The translations under genes and the position numbers were made by a program. Below the pieces are notes generated by a model. That model was given only the letters and a program-made list of their open reading frames with translations. It did not search any database and had not been told where the DNA came from. Positions 20,694 to 24,654 of a stretch of DNA of 24,654 bases are shown here, piece after piece. The stretch is from UHGV virus genome UHGV-1451352; one strand, given 5' to 3'. Origin of the DNA: a virus. Within the stretch, counting starts at the first letter, position 1, and each line of letters opens with the position of its first letter.

Positions 20694-21182
20694 TTATTTC
20701 CCTTCTGCTTGCTTCCCAGTGGTGAACGAATCAACGCTGCCGCCGGAATAGCAGTCAAGATCAATTGCGACTTGTACCGCTTCTCTCGCATTTTTGCCAC
20801 AGTGCATGGCAGTGCGAGCAATCAGCCCACCACTACCAATGGCGTATGGTTCAACCTGTGGCGAAATACTCGCCCGCGTTTCGCCTTTCTCTTTTGAGAT
20901 GATGTAAGCACGACCAGCACCGATGATAGCAAGCGCTGTGAAAGAGAATGTCGGGAGAAATTCTGATGCATACGTCAGGTTGTTCTTAAGCAGTTCCTGC
21001 AATTCCATCTCCGCGCCGCAATCACCAGAACAACCTAATGCAACCACTTTACTGCCGCAAACCTCCCACCCAGATTCTGGCGGTGTGTAAATCTTTTGTT
21101 CTGTATACGAACACACAACATCACCAGATGTTGCCTGGGTGTCAGATGCCAGGGTCTTTCCATCCCATGCAATAGTGGTCAT
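20694..21182 (-). CDS. HslV-like N-terminal-nucleophile threonine peptidase (proteasome beta-type fold), 162 aa
   Basis: Begins Met-Thr-Thr-Ile (Thr1 after Met removal). Aligns by eye with E. coli HslV through D.QAT.G, KV.A.G..G.....L.EL and the AIGSGG motif. No HslU-like ATPase gene is adjacent. Confidence 0.65.
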   Translation of the reverse strand: MTTIAWDGKTLASDTQATSGDVVCSYTEQKIYTPPESGWEVCGSKVVALGCSGDCGAEMELQELLKNNLTYASEFLPTFSFTALAIIGAGRAYIISKEKGETRASISPQVEPYAIGSGGLIARTAMHCGKNAREAVQVAIDLDCYSGGSVDSFTTGKQAEGK

Positions 21183-21183
21183 A

Positions 21184-21426
21184 TCATGCTCCGGTGGTGA
21201 ACAGGTCTAACGCTTCCTTCGATTTACGCACCGCTTCGATAGTGCGGGTCGTGATATCTGAATTAGCGCCGCCTGACTGGAAGTGAATTTTAAATAGCTC
21301 AAGCTTCAGCTCGTCAGTGCCAATGAATTGAAATGCTTCCTCTGCGGCTGCGTTCTGGTTCATGACCAGTTTGTAAATCTCTAACTGGAATTTCTGTTCT
21401 TCAGTCATGGGAATAATCTCTGCCAT
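21184..21426 (-). CDS. Small hypothetical protein (80 aa) translationally coupled to the HslV-like gene
   Basis: GGAG ribosome-binding site 8 nt before the ATG; its stop is 1 nt before the HslV-like start. Predicted helical, acidic. Confidence 0.55.
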   Translation of the reverse strand: MAEIIPMTEEQKFQLEIYKLVMNQNAAAEEAFQFIGTDELKLELFKIHFQSGGANSDITTRTIEAVRKSKEALDLFTTGA

Positions 21427-21529
21427 TGTTGGCTCCGTTTATCCGTTAAAAGGGATATCAGTTAATTTATCCCGTGTAGGGTATAAGCCATTATCAAAGC
21501 CACTCTGTAGGGAATGGCTTTTGTAATAA

Positions 21530-21891
21530 CTACTGTTCGCTTAGCTTCTGCTTCAGCAAGTAACCTTCCAGCATCCAGATTTTATTCACCGCATTTTCGC
21601 GGGCGATCTTACGCCCGATCTCCTGGTCAAAGTTCTCCGGGCTGGCGCACGCAGACTCGCCGGTTACGGTAAAGCCGTTCTCCAGCACAAGAACGCAGAA
21701 GGTCAGCAGTTCGAGTGATTGCGGGCCGGTTCAGGCTCTTCCTGCTTCAGCCACAACGGTGAGCTGCGATATCCGTCCGCGCCGGTAAAGTAAAACTCGC
21801 CTGAGATAACAGCTTCAATGCGTTCCGGGGTAACACGCGCGGCCGTTTTGCCTTTCTCAACGATTTCTTTTTCGATTTGCTGTTCGTTCAT
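21530..21891 (-). pseudogene. Frame-disrupted conserved phage gene (about 116 codons if restored)
   Basis: Listed ORF 21703..21891 (MNEQQIEKEIVEKGKTAARVTPERIEAVISGEFYFTGADG...) stops at 21700. A second frame stays open to a TAG at 21530-21532 and reads ...LTFCVLVLENGFTVTGESACASPENFDQEIGRKIARENAVNKIWMLEGYLLKQKLSEQ. This is consistent with a single indel near 21715-21740, or a sequencing error. Confidence 0.45.
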
Positions 21892-22173
21892 AATTATGAC
21901 CCTGTGGAGTGGTTGCTTGATTAGGATGTCTTTCCATCAGTCCGCCACCACAAAGAATCTTTTTTGCCATAAGGCAGGAGGTTCATCTTTCAGTGGCTGC
22001 CAGTGTTATTTCCCCACTTACTGGCTTGGGTTGCTTCGTGGCACTGCCGTAACTGGTGGTGCACAGATTTAGTTAAATCTGTTCTCGCCTGAACTATCTT
22101 TTACATACCCGGATTGTGGGGTGTAAATCACGGTTTCATTATCAAGCCCACCCGTAGATGTGCTTTGGAATGG

Positions 22174-22374
22174 CTACTGGCGGTCATTATGCTCGTAACG
22201 AGATACCGTCTTCCCGTTCTGGTTCATCACGTAGGCGACCTCGCCAGGTTTCAGGAATACATTTTTGTCCATTCCCGATACCGCGATGCTCTGCTGCCCC
22301 GGATTGAACCCTACACTCAACCCGCAATGAATCTCTTCACCGCCACCTGGCGACATTACTTTTACTGTTAACAT
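22174..22374 (-). CDS. Small hypothetical protein (66 aa) downstream of Rz
   Basis: AGGAGAA ribosome-binding site 7 nt upstream of the ATG. Gly-rich, beta-like composition. Followed by ~280 nt without a credible ORF. Confidence 0.5.
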   Translation of the reverse strand: MLTVKVMSPGGGEEIHCGLSVGFNPGQQSIAVSGMDKNVFLKPGEVAYVMNQNGKTVSRYEHNDRQ

Positions 22375-22401
22375 GCTTCTTCTCCTGCTTCTTCTGGGAA
22401 T

Positions 22402-22426
22402 AAAAAAGCCCGACAGAAGTCAGGCT
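22402..22426 (-). terminator. Intrinsic terminator after the spanin genes
   Basis: On the - strand RNA: GCCUGAC-UUCU-GUCGGGC hairpin (one G-U pair) followed by UUUUUUAUU. Confidence 0.55.
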
Positions 22427-22445
22427 CTGTTATTTGGGTGACGAA

Positions 22446-22919
22446 TCACTTAAGACACTGCTCTTTGATGTAGTCCTGCATGCCGCGAATCATTTTGTCA
22501 GCGGTTGCGATTCCGTCCCGGTGATCGAAATAATTCCGTCGAGCGTCTGGAGTAAGTTCGGGGGCTCCTGCATCATCCACGCCGGTGGAGGAGGTGGCTT
22601 TTGGCACTCCAGGGCAGGTTGCGGCGATGCGCAGCCGTTTAGCGCCAGAATCGACATCACGACGCAAATCGTTAATGGTCTTTTTCGCATCGGACAATTC
22701 CTTCGTGTATTTGGCATCCAGTGCAGCGACATCACGCTGGCGGGTCTGCATGTCTTTAATGGTGGCGGTCGCCAGGAGGAGTTTCTCAGTGGCCTTATCG
22801 CGCTGGTCTCTGTAAGTGATGGCGTTGTCGCGGTAGTGGTTCACGAAGAAAGCCAGTGCGCCGATTAACGCCAGCACCAGCAACTGCAGCCAGTAACGCT
22901 TAACCAGTGCGCTAATCAT
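22446..22919 (-). CDS. rz: i-spanin Rz (P22 gp15-like), 157 aa
   Basis: N-terminal transmembrane segment then a charged coiled-coil periplasmic domain. Follows lysozyme with a 4-nt overlap. Carries an embedded Rz1 frame. Confidence 0.85.
   Translation of the reverse strand: MISALVKRYWLQLLVLALIGALAFFVNHYRDNAITYRDQRDKATEKLLLATATIKDMQTRQRDVAALDAKYTKELSDAKKTINDLRRDVDSGAKRLRIAATCPGVPKATSSTGVDDAGAPELTPDARRNYFDHRDGIATADKMIRGMQDYIKEQCLK
22490..22690 (-). CDS. rz1: o-spanin Rz1 embedded in the +1 frame of Rz (66 aa lipoprotein)
   Basis: ORF 22490..22735. From the internal ATG: [20 protein letters not shown]... with a lipobox Cys and the PPPPPAW proline run, as in lambda Rz1. Confidence 0.75.
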   Translation of the reverse strand: MRKRPLTICVVMSILALNGCASPQPALECQKPPPPPAWMMQEPPNLLQTLDGIISITGTESQPLTK

Positions 22920-23365
22920 GACAGGAACAGAGCTCGCTCTGCCTTGCGGCGATTCGTGAGCCCCGGCATCACCTTTCCGCCTGATTTATTCCAGCGCAGA
23001 AATTCATCTGCCGCGCCTTTTATATCGCCAGCATTCAGCTTTTTCAGCAGTGTAGATGTGGAAAGAGCACGCGACCCAACGTTGTAAGCGAACGACACCA
23101 GTGCGTCGAACTGGCCTTGTGTCAGCTTCACCCTGACAACTTTCAGCACGTCATTCTCATAACCAACAAGCCCTGTTTTCAGAAGCCTGTCAGCGGTTTG
23201 CTGGTCGATAGTCATACCGCGCTTTACTGGCTTTCCGTCAACCGGATGGGTCCAGCCATAGCCGATGGTCCACGGCGCATCTCCCGTTCCGGGGTCTGGG
23301 TAAGCAGTCAGCCGACAACCTTCAAATTTTTTTATCAGAGCAATTCCGTCAGGACTGGTTTGCAT
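22916..23365 (-). CDS. Endolysin, T4-type lysozyme (P22 gp19-like), ~149 aa
   Basis: ORF 22916..23437. C-terminus ...[11 protein letters not shown] matches P22 gp19 as I recall it. The ATG at 23365 has a GGGAG ribosome-binding site and overlaps the holin 3' end. Confidence 0.88.
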   Translation of the reverse strand: MQTSPDGIALIKKFEGCRLTAYPDPGTGDAPWTIGYGWTHPVDGKPVKRGMTIDQQTADRLLKTGLVGYENDVLKVVRVKLTQGQFDALVSFAYNVGSRALSTSTLLKKLNAGDIKGAADEFLRWNKSGGKVMPGLTNRRKAERALFLS

Positions 23366-23672
23366 CGTCAACTCCCGCCTTTTTTGCTGCAAGTTTTTTA
23401 ATAAGATTGCCGATCGAATCGGTGCCGATGTATCCAATAAAGACGCTGGCTATGTAGGCGAGGTTGCTGCTCAGGCCGATAAAGTCCAGAAGGTCACGAA
23501 CGAACCAGGCAATCATCGCGCACATCAGCGCATCAATTAGCGTTTTTGTTACCGCGCCGCCGTTATAGCGACCACGCAGATACGCCATGATAAAAGCCAG
23601 CATTGCACCAATACCCTGCTCCTTGGCGGCAAGTAGCGCAGCGATGAAATCTTGTTTGTATGGCATTTTCAT
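23349..23672 (-). CDS. Holin with lambda-S-like dual start (P22 gp13-like), 107 aa
   Basis: ORF 23349..23750. From [39 protein letters not shown]... it matches P22 holin as I recall it. Met-Lys-Met dual start at 23672/23666, preceded by GGAGGTGA. Confidence 0.88.
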   Translation of the reverse strand: MKMPYKQDFIAALLAAKEQGIGAMLAFIMAYLRGRYNGGAVTKTLIDALMCAMIAWFVRDLLDFIGLSSNLAYIASVFIGYIGTDSIGNLIKKLAAKKAGVDDANQS

Positions 23673-23780
23673 AGGCCTCACCTCCGATTTTTCGGATGGC
23701 GCTGTGTGTGTATGAAAAGGATCAGGCTTCACTGGCTGGATTTTCAACAAAGCACGTAGTGATTGATTCCCGTGAGCCTG

Positions 23781-23805
23781 AAATAAAAAACCCGCTCAAG
23801 GCGGG
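23781..23805 (-). terminator. Intrinsic terminator between the tRNA pair and the holin (tR'-like position)
   Basis: On the - strand RNA: CCCGC-CUUGA-GCGGG hairpin followed by UUUUUUAUUU. Confidence 0.65.
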
Positions 23806-23861
23806 AATGTTAGGGTGTGGCAATGTCAGCTCTGCGGCTGAAGATACCCTGGCTGGGTTTT

Positions 23862-23937
23862 TGGTGCCGGTTAACGGATTTGAACCGCTACCTATTCACT
23901 TACAAGGCGACCGCTCTACCATTGGAGCTAAACCAGC
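23862..23937 (-). tRNA. Predicted tRNA-Thr (anticodon TGT), 76 nt
   Basis: Cloverleaf folded by hand: acceptor GCTGGTT/AACCGGC (one G-U), D-arm GCTC-CAATGGTA-GAGC, anticodon arm GTCGC-CTTGTAA-GTGAA (4 of 5 pairs), variable TAGGT, T-arm AGCGG-TTCAAAT-CCGTT, discriminator A, encoded CCA. Confidence 0.65.
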
Positions 23938-23942
23938 ATGTT

Positions 23943-24017
23943 TGGCGGGACAGCGTGGACTCGAACCACGATAAGAAGGTTAACAGCCTTCCGTAATGAC
24001 CTTTATACGACTGACCC
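23943..24017 (-). tRNA. Predicted tRNA-Asn (anticodon GTT), 75 nt
   Basis: Cloverleaf folded by hand: acceptor GGGTCAG/CTGTCCC (one T-T mismatch), 3-bp D-stem, anticodon arm GAAGG-CTGTTAA-CCTTC (perfect), T-arm CGTGG-TTCGAGT-CCACG, discriminator G, encoded CCA. Five nt from the tRNA-Thr. Confidence 0.6.
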
Positions 24018-24080
24018 AAATAAAAAAAGCCACCGTTGCAACTTAAGAGTCACTAACGGCAGCTTACCCTCTAATTATGG

Positions 24081-24599
24081 CTAAATGGCTAATTGCATGT
24101 CAAGGCTTTTAACAGCAACATGCTTAACTTTCTCAACACGTTTACGCATTTTGAAAGCATTTTGCATTGGCTGGTATAAAACAAATAATGACGCTTTCAG
24201 GATGTCGTCAATTTCGTTTCTACAGGTTGCCAGTGAAGGTTTTCTCCATCCCTCGCCACCACGTCCACACATCTTGCGTGGCTTTGCAGTCGCGTGATAG
24301 TAGGATGCAATTGCTCGCTTAGATGAACCATGAGCGTAGTAGCTGAGGAGGATGCCAAAGGCTTTCTTGTCAATGTACATGACGGAATCGACGACCTGAG
24401 AAATCAACATTCCATCATCATCATTACACATTGGCCTTGTCATAATTCTTCCCGGCTCTACGCTCTCCATGAACTTCGCTATTACGCTGCTCATGCGCTT
24501 TTCCAGACGACCTGAATAAACCCATGCGCCCCACAGTTCAAGCCAGCCATTCAGCCACTCGTGCTGCTCTTTGGTGAGGTTTAGTTCTCTTATGCCCAC
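24081..24599 (-). CDS. Late-gene antiterminator Q (QuuD/phage-82-type Q family), 172 aa from a GTG start
   Basis: LELWGAWV and RPMCNDDDGML motifs are typical of this Q family as I recall it. Start codon at 24599 is GTG with a GGAG-containing ribosome-binding site. The frame stays open upstream to the window edge (24654), so the true start could lie outside the window. Confidence 0.75.
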   Translation of the reverse strand: MGIRELNLTKEQHEWLNGWLELWGAWVYSGRLEKRMSSVIAKFMESVEPGRIMTRPMCNDDDGMLISQVVDSVMYIDKKAFGILLSYYAHGSSKRAIASYYHATAKPRKMCGRGGEGWRKPSLATCRNEIDDILKASLFVLYQPMQNAFKMRKRVEKVKHVAVKSLDMQLAI

Positions 24600-24654
24600 G
24601 CGCCTTCTCCCTGTACCTGAATCAATGTGAGGTTTCCGCAGAACACTGCGCCGG

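Noticed and set aside
21818-22371. + strand ORFs of 84 and 85 aa in the decayed region
   Set aside because: Cys/Ser/Phe-rich low-complexity translations with no ribosome-binding site; one is antisense to the 66-aa gene. Not credible genes.
23437-23750. Upstream extensions of the lysozyme (to 23437) and holin (to 23750) ORFs
   Set aside because: The extensions overlap the preceding gene or the terminator region; internal ATGs with good ribosome-binding sites give products matching P22 gp19 and gp13 lengths.
24018-24080. Attempt to place the late promoter PR' between Q and the first tRNA
   Set aside because: A TTGCAA -35-like hexamer is present, but no -10 element sits at acceptable spacing; the promoter may overlap the Q 3' end or differ from consensus. 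Left unannotated.
1-24654. Searched for CRISPR repeats, IS or transposase genes, rRNA, toxin cargo downstream of Q, and a second att-site copy
   Set aside because: No regularly spaced direct repeats, no transposase-like ORFs, no toxin-like gene between Q and the lysis cassette, and the only tRNA-Arg-derived sequence is at 1-55. The other prophage boundary lies outside this window.

Overview
This window is the late (lysis plus virion-structural) half and the integrase end of a P22-like podovirus prophage (Lederbergvirus-type) in an enterobacterial host. It begins inside the 3' part of a tRNA-Arg(CCU) gene (bases 1-55), followed by a P4-type tyrosine integrase on the + strand. Almost everything else is on the - strand and is collinear with the P22 late operon. 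Read 5' to 3' on the - strand: Q-like antiterminator, two predicted tRNAs (Asn-GTT, Thr-TGT), intrinsic terminator, holin, lysozyme, Rz with embedded Rz1, a 66-aa ORF, a frame-disrupted gene remnant, an 80-aa ORF, an HslV-like peptidase, small and large terminase (pac site inside the small terminase gene), portal, scaffold, coat, a 76-aa ORF, gp4, an HNH homing endonuclease insertion flanked by a duplicated gp10 5' fragment, gp10, gp26 tail needle, gp14, ejection proteins gp7/gp20/gp16, two AT-rich moron genes (lipoprotein, membrane/coiled-coil protein), a P22-type immI region (mnt, arc, ant with the Mnt and Arc operators readable in the sequence), and a mosaic tailspike. Protein identities rest on my recall of P22 family sequences and motifs; no database search was run. 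No CRISPR array, IS element or rRNA is visible. The points most worth follow-up are the homing-endonuclease insertion, the HslV-like peptidase operon, the tRNA pair between Q and the lysis genes, and the moron pair beside immI.
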